A program made the translations under genes and the position numbers. Under the pieces are notes generated by a model. It searched no databases, was not told the origin of the DNA, and saw only the letters and a list, made by a program, of their open reading frames with translations. A stretch of DNA of 64,000 nucleotides from the human T2T-CHM13v2.0 reference genome, Homo sapiens. The first letter of the stretch is position 1. Each line of letters starts with the position of its first letter. Location of the stretch: assembly GCF_009914755.1 (NCBI RefSeq), contig NC_060948.1; one strand, 5' to 3'. Positions 20,240 through 35,733 of the stretch are shown here, piece by piece.

Positions 20240-23200
20240 TTCGTGAGGAGGTTGCACACTGTCTTCTACAATGGTTGAACTAATTTATGCTCCCAAAAAC
20301 AGTGTAAAAGTGTCCCTATTTCTCCCCTGCCTCACCAATATCTGCTGTTTCCTGACTTTTAATATTCACGATTCTAACTGGCATTGAGATGATATCTAAT
20401 TGTGATTTTGTTTGCATTTCTTTAATGACCTGTTATAAGGACCTTTTTTTCATGGTTAGCTGCATAAATGTCTTCTTTTGAGAAGTGTTTGTTTATATCC
20501 TTTGCCCACTTTTGGATGGGGTTGTTTCTTGTAAATTTGTTTAAGTTCACTGTATATTCTGGATGTTAGAACTTTGTCAGATAAGTAGCTTGTAAAATGT
20601 TTCTCCCATTCTGTAGGTTGCCTGTTCACGCTGATGATAGTTTCTTTCACTATGCAGAAGCTCTTTACCTTAATTAGATCCCATTTTTCAATTTTGGCTT
20701 TCGTTGACATTGCTTTTGGTGTTTTAATCATAAAGTATTTGCCCATACCTATGTCTTGAGTGGCATTTCCTAGGTTTTCTTCTAGGGTTTTTACGGTTTT
20801 AGGTCTTACGGTTAAATCTCTAATCCATCTTAAGTTAATTTTTGTAAAAGATGTAAGGAAGAGATACAGTTTCAGTTTTCTGCATATGGCTAACCAGTTT
20901 TCCACATATGGCTAGCCAGTTTTCCCAACACCATTTATTGAACAGGGAATCATTTTTCCATTGCTTGTTTTGTCAGGCTTCTCAAAGATCAGATGATTGT
21001 AGATGTGTGGTTTTATTTCTGTTCCATTCATCTATATATCTGTTTTGGTACCAATACCATGTTGTTTTGGTTACTGTAGCCTTTTAGTATTGCTTGAAGT
21101 GAGGTAATGTGATGCCTCTAGCTTTCTTCTTCTTGCTTAGAATTCTCTTGGCTATATGAGTTCTTTTTTGGTTTTATGTGAAATTTAAAGTAGTTTTTTT
21201 CTAATTCTGTGAAGAAAGTCAATGGTAGCTTAATAAGAATAGCACTGAATCTATAAATTCCTTTGGGTAGTATGGCTATTTTCATGATATTGATTCTTCC
21301 TATACATGAGCATGGAATATTTTTCCATTTGCTTGTGTCCTCTCTTATTTCCTTCAGCAGTGATTTGTAATCCTGCTTGAAGAGTTTTTCATGTTCCTTG
21401 TAAAGCTTTATTCCTAGGTGTTTTATTATCTTTACAGCAGTTATGAATGGAGGTTCAATAGTGATTTGGCTCTCTGCTTTTCTATTATTGGTATATAGGA
21501 ATGTCTGTGATTTTTACACATTGATTTTGTATCCTGAGATTTTGCTGAAGTTGAGTATCGGCTTATGGAGTTTTGTGGCTGAAACAATGGTTTTTTTTTT
21601 AAATATACAATCAGGTCATCTGCAAATAGAGACAATTTGACTTCCTTTCTTCCTGTTTGAATACACTTTAATTTTTTATCTTGCCTGATTCCCCTGGCCA
21701 GACCTTCCAATTCTATGTATAGGAGTGATGAGAGAGGATATCCTTGCCTTGTGCCAGTTTTCAAAGGGAATACTTACAGATTTTGTTCATCTAGTATGAT
21801 ACTGGCTGTGGGACTGTCATAAGTAGCTCCTATCATTTTGAGGTGTGTTTCATCAATACCTAGTTTATTGAGAGTTTTTAACATAAAGGGCTGTTGAATT
21901 TTATCAAAACCTTTCTGCATCTATTAAAATAACCATGGTTTTTTATCATTGGTTCTCATTATGTGATGGATTATGTTTATTGATTTGCATATGTTGAACC
22001 AGCCTTTCATCTGAGGGATGAAGCCAAGTTGATCATGGTGGATAAGCTTTTTGATGTGCTGCTGGACTTGGTTTGCTAGTACTTCATTGAGGATTTTCAC
22101 ATCGATGTTCATCAGGGATATTGGCCTGAAATTTTCCTTTTTTGTTGTGCCTCTGCCAGGTTTTGGTATCAGGATGATGCTGGCCTCATAAATTAAGTTT
22201 GGGAGGAGTCCCAAACATTCCTTTCAAAAGGAATGTTACTAGTTTCTCTGGTAGAATTTGGCTGTGAATCCATCTGGTCTTCGGCTTTTTTGTTTTTGTT
22301 TTTGTTTTTGGTCAGTAGGCTATTAACTAGTGCCTCAATTTCAGAACTTGTTATTGGTCTATTTAGGGATTCAATTTCTTCCTGGTTTAGTCTTGGAAGG
22401 GTGTGTGGATCCAGGAATTTATCCATTTCTTCTAGATTTTCTAGTTTATTTGCATAAAGGTTTATAGTATTCTCTGATGGTAGGTTGTATTTCTGTGGGA
22501 TCAGTGATGATATCCCCCATATCATTCTTTAGTGTGTCTCTCTTGTCTTCTTTATTAGTCTAGGTAGTGTTCTATCTATTTTGTTAATCTTTCAAAAACC
22601 AGCTCCTGGATTCATTGATTTTTTTGAAGGTATTTTTCATGTCTCTATCTCCTTCAGTTCTGCTCTGATCTTGGTTATTTATTGTCTTCTGCTGAAGTAT
22701 TGCTCCTCACAAGACAGCATTATCTGCAGGGGTCTGCCCACATACCATGATCCAAATGACCGATGAATACAACCTACACTGACACACAGATATTGTGTTT
22801 TGCCAGTCCTGCTGAGTGTCTGACCACCTGCACACCAAGAGAGGTTTGTCACTGTGGCTGGCCTTGAGCAGCTCACACTCCAGACATTCATGTAGCATAC
22901 AATTAACAACAGAAGTGCTGAGTCAACACGCTTGTGGATAATTAACATGATTATGAGAGTAGTTCTATGAATGATTAAGGCTCAGTTACCACAAACTAAC
23001 CTAAATACCATTAGGGGGCAATTTCCCTGATTGTCCTGCCCACTGAGTGGGCCAGCTGGCTCAAAGTTTAGTTAATGGAGTTAGGGTAAACAGACTTAAC
23101 TGGGGAAGCCTCTATTACCCCTAGTATTTACCCTGTGACCTAATGCTCTAAGGTAAAAACTGGCTGCCTTCAGCCTGTTCAATCATTTCAAGCTATGTGA

Positions 23201-23570
23201 CCTCTCAGCCTTCCAAAATGTTTGTGACTATTCCTTATAACTTTCCTTAATATTTCTCTTTAATATTTCTGCCACCATCCTGAATGAATCCCAACATTCT
23301 GCTAGCTTCAAATTTGTTTGCTTTTGCTTCTCTTCTTCTAATTGTGATGTAAAGGTGTCAATTTTAGATCTTTCCAGGTTTCTGATGTGGCCATTTAGTG
23401 CTATAAATTTCCCTCTAAACAGCTGTGTCCCAGAGATTCTGGTACATGGTCTCTTTGTTCTCATTGGTTTCAAAGAACTTATTTATTTCTGCCTTAATTT
23501 CATTATTTACGCAGTGGTCATTCAGGAGCAGGTTGTTCAATTTGTACATAGTCGTGCAGTTTTTGAGTTA
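20240..23570 (-). mobile_element. LINE-1 ORF2 fragment, L1PA7/8 type, 5'-truncated and lacking 3'UTR/poly(A); interrupted by an LTR22-like element
   Basis: ORF2p fragments 20456-20905, 21441-21764, 21924-22525. Confidence 0.92.
22693..23296 (-). mobile_element. ERVK-class solo LTR, LTR22-like (HML-5)
   Basis: 604 bp, TG...CA; minus strand starts TGTTGGGATTCATTCAGGATGGTGGCAGAAATATTAAAG. Perfect 6-bp TSD TTCTGC (22687-22692 / 23297-23302). Confidence 0.8.
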
Positions 23571-23718
23571 GTAATGGCCTCCCAAAATGTCTACATCCGA
23601 AAGCTAGAAGGTGTGAATGTGTGGCATAACCTGGCAGAAAAGACTATGCAGATGTGATTAATAATCCTGAGATGTGGAGACAACCCTGGATTATCTGGTA
23701 CTAATGTACTCACAAGAG
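23571..23718 (+). mobile_element. MLT1D-like LTR 5' fragment
   Basis: AATGGCCTCCCAAAATGTCTACATCC...GCAGATGTGATTAA...CCTGGATTATCTGG. Confidence 0.7.
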
Positions 23719-23719
23719 A

Positions 23720-23942
23720 TTTGTTGTTGTCATTGTTGCTCTTGTTTGAGACCTTGTCTCACTATTTTGGCCATGCTGGGGTACAGTTGGGCAACCATGG
23801 CTCATTGCATCTTCACACTTTCATACTCAAGCTATCCTCACCCCACAGCCTCCCAAATAGCTGAGACTATGGATACCTGTCACTATGCTCAGCTAATTTT
23901 TTATTTTTTGCAGAGATGGCATTTTGCTATGCTGCCCAGGCT
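23720..23942 (-). mobile_element. AluJ, truncated
   Basis: Diverged right arm, linker and part of the left arm (CAGCTAATTTTT...GCTGCCCAGG). Confidence 0.8.
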
Positions 23943-24114
23943 TGCTTTCACTCTTAAAACAGACCCATGTCCTTCAAGGCTCCTCTGTGAAAAATGACAC
24001 TGGTTCTTAACTGATTCATTAGCTTTTCAGGCTAAGTCATCAAAAGAGGAAACCCACTGCTTTATTGTCCCTAATGCCTCATCTTGCTGGGTGAACATTA
24101 AAAGAAACATTTAC

Positions 24115-25742
24115 AGTTGTGGATAAGCTTTTTGATGTGCTGCTGGATTTGATTTGCCAATATTTTATTGAGGATTTTTGCATCAATGTTCATCAGGGAT
24201 GTTGGCCTGAAAGTTTTTTTGTTTGTTTGTTTGTTTGTTTGTTTTTATTGTGTGTCTGCCAGGTTTTGGTGTCAAGATGACGCTGGCCTCATAAAGTAAG
24301 TTAAAGAGGAGTCCCTGTTTTTCTATTGTTTGGAATAGTTTCAGAAGGCATGTTACCATCTCCTCTTTGTACCTCTGGTAGAATTCTGCTGTGAATTTGC
24401 TTGGTCCAGGGAATTTTTTTGGTTGATAGGCTATTAATTACTGCCTCAATTTCAGAACTTGTTTTTGGTCTATTCAAGGATTAGCCTTCTTCCTGGTTTA
24501 GTTTTGGGATGGTGTATGTTTCCAGGAATTTATCCATTTCTTCTAGATTTTCTAGTTTATTTATATAGAGGTATTTACAGTATTCTCTGATGATAGTTTC
24601 TATTTCTGTGGGATCAGTGGTGACATCCCCTTTATCATTTTTACTGTATCTATTTGATTATTCTCTCTTTTCTTCTTTATTAGTCTGGGTAGCAGTCTAT
24701 CTATTTTTGTTAATCTTCTCAAAAAAAACAGCTCCTGGTTCATTGATTTTTGAAGAGATTTTATCTCTCTAGCTCCTTCAGTTCTGCTCTGATCTTAGTT
24801 ATTTCTTATCTTCTTCTAGCTTTTGAATTTGTTTGCTCTTGCTTCTTTAGTTATTTTAATTCTAATATTAGGGTGTCAATTTTAGATCTTTACCACTTCC
24901 TCCTGTGGGCATATGGTGCTATAAATTTCCCTCTAAACACTGCTTTTAGCTGTGTCCCAGAGATTGTGGGAGGTTTTGACTTTGTTCTCATCAGTTTCAA
25001 AAAACTGTTTTATTTCTGCCTTAATTTTGTTATTTACTCAGTAGTCATTCAGGAACAGGTTGTTTTGTTTCCATGTAGTTGTGCAGTTTTGAGTGAGTTT
25101 CTTAATCCTGAGTTCTAATTTTTTTGCACAGTGGTCTGAGACACTGTTTGTGATGGATTCCATTCTTTTGCATTTGATGAAGAGTATTTTTCCTCGAATT
25201 ATGTGGTTAATTTTAGAATAAGTGTGATGTGGTGCTGAGGAGAATGTATATTCTGCTGATTTGAGGTGGAGGTTCTGTAGATGTCTATTAGATTGGCTTG
25301 GTCCAGAGTTGAATTCAAGTCCTGAATATCTTTGTTAATTTTCTGTCTCGATGATCTTTCTAATATTGACAGTGGGGTGTTAAAGTCTCCCACTATTGTT
25401 GAAGGTTGAGTCTCCCACTATTATTGGTGTCTAAGTCTCTTTGTAGGTCTCTAAGAACTTGCTTTATGAATCTGGGTGCTCCTGAATTGAGGGCATATAT
25501 ATTTAAGATAGTTGGCTCTTCTTGTTGCATTGATCCCTTTGCCATTATGTAATGCCCTTCTTTGTCTTTTTTGATCTTGTTGGTTGAAAGTCTGTTTTAT
25601 TAGAGATTGTCATTGCAACCCCTGCTTTTTATTGCTTTTCACTTCGTAAATATTCCTCCATCACTTTATTCTGAGCCTATGTATATTGTTCCACATGAGA
25701 TGGGTCGCCTGAGTACACCACACCAATTAGTCTTTATTATAT

Positions 25743-25777
<35 letters not shown>

Positions 25778-26548
25778 TTCATTCATTCATTTATTTATTT
25801 AGAGATGGAGTCACTCTGTAGCCCAGGCTGGAGTGCAATGGTGCAATCTCTGCTCACTTCAAGCTCCGCCTCCTGGGTTCCTGTCATTCTCCTGCCTCAG
25901 CCTCCTGAATAGCTGGGACTACAGGTGCCTGACACCCTGCCTGGCTAATTTTTTGCATTTTTCGTAGGGACAGGGTTTCACCATGTTAGCCAGGATGGTC
26001 TCGATCTCCTGACCTCGTGATCGACCTGCCTCGGCCTCCCAAAGTGCTGTTACTACAGGCATAAGCCACTGCGCCTGGCCCACACCAACTGGTCTTGACT
26101 CTTTATCTAATTTGCCAGTCTGTATCTTCTAATTGGGTCATTTATTGTATGTATATTTAAGGCTAATATTACTGTGTGTGAACTTGATCCTGTCATTATA
26201 ATGCTAGCTGGTTATTTTGCTCCTTAATTGATGGAGTTTCTTGATATTGTCAATGTTCTTTACAATTTGGTATGTTTTCACAATGACCGGTACCAATTTT
26301 TCCTTTCCATATTTAGTGCTTTCTTTGGGAACTCTTGTGAGGCAGGCTTGGCGGTGACAAAATCTCTCAGCATGTGCTTGTCTGTAAAGGATTTTATTTT
26401 TCCTTTGCTTATGAAGCTTAAGTTTGTCTGGATATGGAATTCTGCGTTAAAAATTATTTTCCTTAAGAATGTTGAATATTGGCCCGCCACTGTATTCTCT
26501 CTTGTAGGGTTTCTTCAAAGAGATCTGCTGTTAGTCTGACTGGCTTCT
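24115..26548 (-). mobile_element. Inverted 5' segment of a twin-primed L1PA7-type insertion (ORF2 N-half back to ORF1)
   Basis: Begins next to TSD AAAAGAAACATTTAC (24100-24114, preceded by TT); EN and ORF1 fragments on the minus strand. Confidence 0.92.
25735..26080 (-). mobile_element. AluY-like with (TTTA/TTCA)n tail, nested in L1
   Basis: AAGCTCCGCCTCC and GTTAGCCAGGATGGTCTCGATCTCC; TSD CACACCAATTAGTCTT (25719-25734) / CACACCAACTGGTCTT (26081-26096). Confidence 0.9.
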
Positions 26549-28686
<2,138 letters not shown>

Positions 28687-29287
28687 AAAAGAAGCATTTA
28701 CCAATGACCAAACTTTATCCTGTAATCAATTGTTTATATCTAAACTGAGGAGTTTGGCGTCCTTTCTGATTTTTGTTTAGCTATTTTTCCAAACTGACAT
28801 GCTATTTACATATCCTAACTCATCTTAAAAAGTTGTTTCAGATGTGACTAAAGAAAAGAAAAAAGTCTCAAATATCAATGAAAGATTGCAAATATTAGCA
28901 TGCAGTTTATATTCAACCACTTTTGAACTATAAACCAAAGTGGCAATTTCTTGTAGTTCAACCTAGAAATAATTTATTAACTTAGAACTCACTTGGTGTT
29001 TATGTTTCCTTTCCATAGTAGAGTGGGAATTGAAAGAGATGAGAAATGGACACTTTAGTTTCATTTTCTGAACTGCTTTGTATTTAATTCAGTAAGTAAT
29101 GGTTTGTTGATTCACTGACTCACTCGTGCTATGAGGATTTATGGATATTCATTGTGTATCCACAAATGTACTATATTGTGTGACTACCATAGAGAAGAAA
29201 ACTATGCGTTAAATAAAAATCTGATGTGAACTGGTTTTAGCCATGTTCAAAAAGAGGTGATTAACTCAGAAAACTTAGCACAGCACC

Positions 29288-29760
29288 AGTGTTAGTCCAT
29301 TCTCACAGTATTAATAAAGACATGTCTGAGGCTGGGTAATTTATAAAGAAAGATGTTTAATTGACTCACAATTAGGCATGGCTGAAGAGGCATCTGGAAA
29401 CTTAAAATTATGGCAGAAGAGGGAGCAAACACACCTTTCTTCATATGGCAACAACAAAAAAAAATTTCCTGGCAACAGGGGGAAAAGCGCCTTGTAACTT
29501 ATAAAACCATCAAATATCATGAGAAATTGATGGATGGATGGATGGATGGATGGATGGATGGATGGATGGATGGGTGGGTGGATGGGTGCATAGATAGATG
29601 GATCGATTGATGGATGAGTGGTAACACTAGTACAAGAACAACAGCATGAGACTAACCAGCCTCATGATTCAATTATCTCCCACCAGTTTCTTCCCAGGAC
29701 ATGTGGGGATTATAGGAATTCAAGATGAGATTTGAGAGGGGACACAGCCAAACCATATCA
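29288..29760 (-). mobile_element. THE1D-like solo LTR containing a (GATG)n microsatellite (~29528-29622)
   Basis: GTTAGTCCATTCTCACA...GCAAACACACCTTTCTTCA...GCCAAACCATATCA; TSD GCACC/ACACC. Confidence 0.88.
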
Positions 29761-30696
29761 ACACCATTCTTGAGAACTTCACCACTGGTGTTGTAAAGTT
29801 TTGACTAAACTCTCAGAGTATTTTAAAGAGCCCATAGAAGACATGCTTAGTTTTTTTTTTTTTTTTCTTTTTTAGAAAAATTCTTGGTTAACAACTGGAA
29901 GGTTATTACAGCATGAAAAAGTCATGCTGGATATAAAGAATTTCCTAACTAAAAGTATGATATCCGTAGAAAACACATTTAAATGTTCATTTTCCAGGAG
30001 AGGGTTAATCTCTACATACTTTCTCATAGAGTAGAGACATCTCAAGTTTTATTTGTTGCATCCTGTGATTCTCCTCCAATGCATCACATTTTTATTTCCC
30101 TGTCCCTGTGGGGAAAAATAAAGATAGAGAATGAAGCACTTTTACAACTTCGATTAACTTTACACAGAAGGATGAGATCATGTATTTGGAAGGTAAACTT
30201 GGGATTTCTAGGTTGATGAGTGTGTTTAGTAACACCTTAAGGAATAATGACCCCACTATAAAAAGTGGTTAAGCAATGGGATAATGTCTCCAACTCTTTA
30301 TTTGCTGGGAGATAAAAAATTCTAATGATGTTTATTATATTTTATAATGGATTTAGTGGCTGACTAATTGTGTTTTGATTTTCTGGGATTAGGGCTTAGT
30401 GCCATAATGGTAATTTAATTTCTTCTGATTTCTGACTCCACTGTGGTTTTCAACTACTCAATTTCTTCTGAGCACCAGCATCTAGGTTCTTTTGAGGTTA
30501 ATGTGAATGCAACCTCAAAATATAGAAGCAATCTGAATATAGACATTTTGCAGAAGTTTTTATTTTTGGCTAAATGTTAAGTGTATATTTTCCTATAGTA
30601 AATGCTGCTGACCGCAAAGGAAAAAAGTGGATTTTCAGAAGAAAGTGTTTGAAACCTGTCTTGGCTTTAATAAGTATCATCTCTCCTCTGTAACTC

Positions 30697-30755
30697 AAAT
30701 TCCTTTAAATGCAAATGAAGAAGAAATTCCTTTAAATGCAAATGAAGAAGAAATT
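30697..30755. repeat. Perfect 27-bp tandem duplication
   Basis: AAATTCCTTTAAATGCAAATGAAGAAG at 30697-30723 and 30724-30750, then AAATT. Confidence 0.95.
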
Positions 30756-31130
30756 AGAAAATGGACTACATTTGCCAAAGTCTATTCCAGTGCCATCAAA
30801 TATTTGATGTGGAGTACAATAAGTAAGTTAGAGAATTCCCAAATTTACACTTTAAGCAGTAGAAATTTTGGTACAGATAGATTTGGGAGCATAAACAACT
30901 CAATATCCTAGCATACTGAATGTCTGGCCCTCAAAGAGCAGGTATATGGAATGGATACTTGCTTAAATCAAACTCCTGGTCCTACTTTATGTCCCTATTC
31001 TAGTTCTCTTATTTCCATCCTCAATGAGTTTAGCATTTCGTTTGTTCACTATTTTATTCATTTATTATTCATTTTCTATATTTATTTTGTCTTCCTATAG
31101 CATCTCAAATCCTTTGTGGAAAAGAGAAAG

Positions 31131-31380
31131 CGGATGGATGGATGGATGGATGGATGGATGGATGGATAGATAGAGAGCAGGTGGATGAATGTGGGGATGG
31201 ATGAATGGATGGATGGATGAATGGATGGATGGGATGGATGAATTGATGAAGAGATGTGTGAATAAATAGGTAGATGGATTGACAAAAGGAAACAGGTGTG
31301 GATGGATGATGGATGGATGGAGAGTTGGTTGATGAATATGGAGATGGATGAATGAATTGATGAAGAGAAAAGCAGGTGGA
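31131..31380. repeat. (GGAT)n and degenerate GGAT/GAAT simple repeat
   Basis: Directly visible. Confidence 0.92.
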
Positions 31381-31774
31381 GAAATGTATACTTACGTAAG
31401 TGAATCTTTTGAATAACCACTGTATACTACCACATGGTCATTTTATTTCCAGTCCTTCTTTTCCACTATGTCACCATCAACATTGCCATTGCTTTAGTTT
31501 GGTTCTTTATTCCTCAGCTCAAACTATTTCTTATCCCTGAAATGTCTTTTCTCTGAGAAACCTTTTTTTTTTTTGTGCCCTTCTTTTGATTTATCAGAAT
31601 TTAGACACTCCCTTTTTTCTATGTATAAATCATCTTGGATGAAACTGAACATCTCACACCTTTTGTAATCTTTCAATCTCCTTTAACAAAGAGTGGGTCA
31701 CTTTGAGGCTCTTGTTTTGGTATCATCTCAGAATTCCAGATGCCAGACATAGTGTTTTGCACACTGCAGTAATA

Positions 31775-31992
31775 GAAGCTAGCATTTATGTTTTTCCTAC
31801 AATCCACCCAGTCTGTTATATGTACTTCAAGTATCTTGTGTCTTTAATCCTCATAAAAATCATAAGTGGTAGGTGCTATTGTGATTCTCATTTTACACTT
31901 AAGAAGCCTGAGGTTCAGACATGTTCAGTGACTTGCCTATCACAATGCTGACAAGTGATGGGATAGAATGAAACAAAGGTAGTTTGACTCTG
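31775..31992 (-). mobile_element. MIR SINE
   Basis: TTTAATCCTCA...CTCATTTTACACTTAAGAAGCCTGAGGTTCAGA...GTGACTTGCC core. Confidence 0.75.
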
Positions 31993-32169
31993 TAGATGAT
32001 CCTTGGGCATTTTTAATGGGAATAATATCTTCCCAAAGGGGATGAAAATTAATTCCTGGGAGGTGACAAAATCATTTATTTTATGTATGAAGCTCAGAGA
32101 TACATACACAGATAAGGAGTATACAAGTTTGTATGGGTGTAGGTTAGAAAAAAAATGTGTAAAATACTA

Positions 32170-32663
32170 CTTAGTGGGCAATGACCCCAATCTGGAGTGT
32201 GAACTGCCCTACTGACTTGATTCAAACCCATAGAACACATCAAAGATGGCAGGATATCACTTCCATAATGAGTTACCTAGGACAATGGCTTCTATCTTTC
32301 TACTAGAGTTTCTTCTGCTGGCTGTGGCTAAAATATATTGTCGTATGGAGAGATCTACAAGACAAGAAACAGATGCTGACCTCTTGCCAATAGCCAGCAA
32401 TGAAATGAGCCATTTTCTCTAATTATCTGCAGGGAACTGAATCCTGCCAACATAGACATGAGCTCAAAAGAAGATCCCACCACATTCAAGACTTCCTGTG
32501 TCTTGTGGTCAGCACCTTGACTGCATCCTTGGGAGACCCTGAAGCACAAGACCCATCTAAGCTATCACTGGAGTCCTGACCCACAGAAATTGTCAAATAA
32601 ATATGTGTTGCTTAAGCTGAGAATGTTGCAGTTACATGTTACACAACAATAGACTATGAATCC
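32170..32663 (+). mobile_element. MLT1E/F-like LTR
   Basis: AGCCAGCAA...GAACTGAATCCTGCCAACA...GAGACCCTGAAGCA...TCCTGACCCACAGAAA...CAACAATAGA. Confidence 0.7.
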
Positions 32664-33099
32664 AAGCAGTTTAAAATACTTGGTTTAGACACATAAGAAA
32701 AACCCAAGGTAGCTACTGTGGAGCCTGTGTATTAGTATGTTTTCACTTCACATGAGATTAGCTAAATGAATTCCAGCCAGACTTAAAATTTATGTTTGAA
32801 GATACTTGAGTTAAAGGATGAGGAGATCACAGATTTTCCTGGTTGAGGAGCTAGCACTGTGCATTTTAAAATCCTTTCCAAGAACAGCTACAGGCAATAG
32901 TGGAGCTGATTTGTTTATAGAGTGAAATGTGGGAAACTTCAGGATAAATATATTGAATAATGATTAGCTAGTTGGCTGGCAAGGCTGATGTTTTATTTTG
33001 GTGTCCAGCTGGACTCTGGTCAGTCCCCTGCCCAGAGGTTCATGAATGCACAGACAGATGACTCTCAGGTACAAATTTATGTCTATCCATTTGTGATCT

Positions 33100-33241
33100 C
33101 CTTATTGAGGGTGGGTCTGCGTTTACTAGTCCACTGACTCAAATGTTAATTTTCTTTGGCCACAACCTCACCTACACACCCAGCAACAATACTTTGCATC
33201 ATTCAATCTAATCAAGTTGGCACTCTCTGTTAACCATCTCA
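33100..33241 (-). mobile_element. MLT2A/B (ERVL) LTR 5' fragment
   Basis: ATTGAGGGTGGGTCTGC...GTCCACTGACTCAAATGTTAAT...ATCAAGTTG...TTAACCATCTCA. Confidence 0.8.
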
Positions 33242-33254
33242 TGACTGCATCATA

Positions 33255-33335
33255 TCTAGAATGTCTGTGTTCCCCCAAAATTCTTATTTTGAACCCTAAC
33301 TCTCAGGGTGATGGTGTTGGGAGGTGGGCCTTAAA
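33255..33335 (+). mobile_element. MLT1A-like LTR 5' fragment
   Basis: GAATGTCTGTGTTCCCCCAAAATTC...GAACCCTAAC...GGAGGTGGGCCTT. Confidence 0.55.
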
Positions 33336-34127
33336 GACAATTGTGTCCACCAGCCATAGCTACAAGAAACAGGACTGTAAAGTGTAGTTCTGTCTTGTAT
33401 TAGTTTAGATTGAGGTGAGATGAGAAGAAATTATGAGAGCCATGGGTAGGCAAGCAAATAATGTTACAATAGAGGACTGGTGAGAATTAAGGAAGCAGAG
33501 AGGGTACTTATAACAACAAATTTTGTGTTTTCCTAGTCTGCCTAGGATGAGGACTTGGCTGCTGCATTTTAGCTAACCTGTCTCCTGGACAAATCCCTGG
33601 CTGGGACTCACAAAATCCATCCCACTCTTTATTCTATACCTTGAATCAGACCTTCTTCTTACTAACAGGGTAAACAGAATCTTATTGAGACATCTGGCTA
33701 ATGTCTATAGCTTATCTGCATAGAAATGTGACTGTAAATCCATCCACCAGCAAAATGAATGTGTACAAGGTGTGAGCAGCATTCCATGACAAAAAAAAAA
33801 AAAGAAGAAGAAATAAAAAAAAATAGGTAATGAGAAAATAACTGCAAGGGATTGAAAATAATTTTCAAGCTCTGCTACAGCTATTTACATTAGGATATGA
33901 GCCTGGTAAAGAGGCTATTTGTCAACTCACCTATGCATTTATGCGAAGAAAGTAAACAGAACTGATATTAGGAGAGGCAGCCCCATGGTGATTTTTAAAC
34001 TGTGGCAACATGTGCGTTTTCAACCATGCATTTGTGATTTTCGGAGATCAGGGAGCCCCAGTTTTAAGAATGAAGCTCTTTTTCTTTATTGCAGCTCCTT
34101 GAACTCCACACTTTTCTATAATGGATT

Positions 34128-34128
34128 C

Positions 34129-34175
<47 letters not shown>

Positions 34176-34982
34176 CTTTAAGTTCTAGGTTACATGTGCA
34201 CAACATGCAGGTTTGTTACATAGGTATACATGTGCCATTTTGATTTGCTGCACCCGTCAATTCATCATTTACATTAGGTATTTCTCCTAATGTTATCTCT
34301 TCCTCAATCACCCATCCCACAACAGGCCCCAATGTGTGATGTTCCTCTCCCTGTGTCCATGTGTTCTCAATGTTCACCTCACACTTATGAGTGAGAACAT
34401 GCAGTGTTTGGTTTTCTATCCTTGTGATAATTTGCTGAGGATGATGGTTTTCAGCTTCATCCATGTTCCTGCAAAGGACATGAACACATCCTTTTTGATG
34501 GCTGCATAGTATTCCATGGTGTATACATGCCACATTTTCTTTATCCAGTCTATTATCGATGGACATATGAGTTGGTTCCAAGTCTTTGCTATTGTGAATA
34601 GTGCCACAATAAACATACATGTGCATGTGCATGTGTCTTTATCATAGAATGATGTATAATCCTTTGGGTATATACCCAGTAATGGGATTGCTGGATCAAA
34701 TGGTATTTCTAGTTCTAGATCCTTGAGGAATGGCCACACTGTCTTCCACAATAGTTGAACTAGTTGACACTCCCACCAACCATGTATAAACTTTCCTAGT
34801 TCTCCACAGCCTCTCCAGCATTTGTTTTTCCTGACTTTTTAATGATTGCCATTGTAACTGGCATGAGATGGTATCTAATTGTGGTTTAGATGTGCATTTC
34901 TCTAATGACCAGTGACGACGAGCATTTTTTCTTATGTCTGTTGGCTGCATAAATGTCTTATCTTGAGAAGTGTCTGTTCATT
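34128..34982 (-). mobile_element. 5'-truncated LINE-1 3' end (L1PA6/7 type) with (TTA)n tail
   Basis: ORF2 C-terminal fragment 34416-34751 and L1PA 3'UTR; no convincing TSD found. Confidence 0.92.
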
Positions 34983-35356
34983 TTTTTTAAAGTAACTAAT
35001 TCATTCATTTTTAAAAATATTTTTAGTCTTTTCTCCTACATGGTTTCTAATCCACTGTGAAAATTAAGGTTAATTTTAAGCTCTGCCTGATGAGATAAAA
35101 AGAATGGCAGACATGACTTTTTGTGTGTGACCAACTATTTCAATAAGAAATGGTCTAATGAACTGAAAGAGATAGATTGGAATGCAGCTATACAGAGAAC
35201 TCACTCAGTATATTTAGTGATGTTCACATTAGCTATTTGCATCAGAAAAGTATATAAATCATACCTGTCCAGATAAGTGAGTGATTACAGATGAACACAC
35301 CCACAGAACCACTACCAAAGTCAAAATTTAAGCGCTGCATGCATCTCCAAGCACCC

Positions 35357-35733
35357 ACATCCATTCTCAGACTGCTATAAGGACCTACTCTAGACTGGGT
35401 AATTTATGAAGGAAAGGGGCTGAATGGTCTCTTTCCTTTATAAATTCAGGGCTAGGGAGACCTCAGGAAACTTACAATCATGGCAGAAAGAGAATCAAAC
35501 ACATCCTTCTTCATATAGTGGCAGCAAGGAGAAGTGCTGTATGAAAGGGGGTAAATCTGCTTATAAAATGATCAGATCTCATGAAAACTCATTTAACTAT
35601 CATGAGAAAAGTATGAAGATAACCGCCCCCATGATTCAATTACCTCTCACTGTGTCCCTCTCATGACATGTGTAGATTATGGGAACTCCAATTCAAGAAA
35701 AGATTTTTGTGGGAACACAACCAAACCATATCA
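35357..35733 (-). mobile_element. THE1D-like solo LTR within old L1ME-like sequence
   Basis: CCATTCTCAGACTGCTATAAGGA...CCTCAGGAAACTTACAATCATGGCAGAA...CCAAACCATATCA. Confidence 0.85.
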
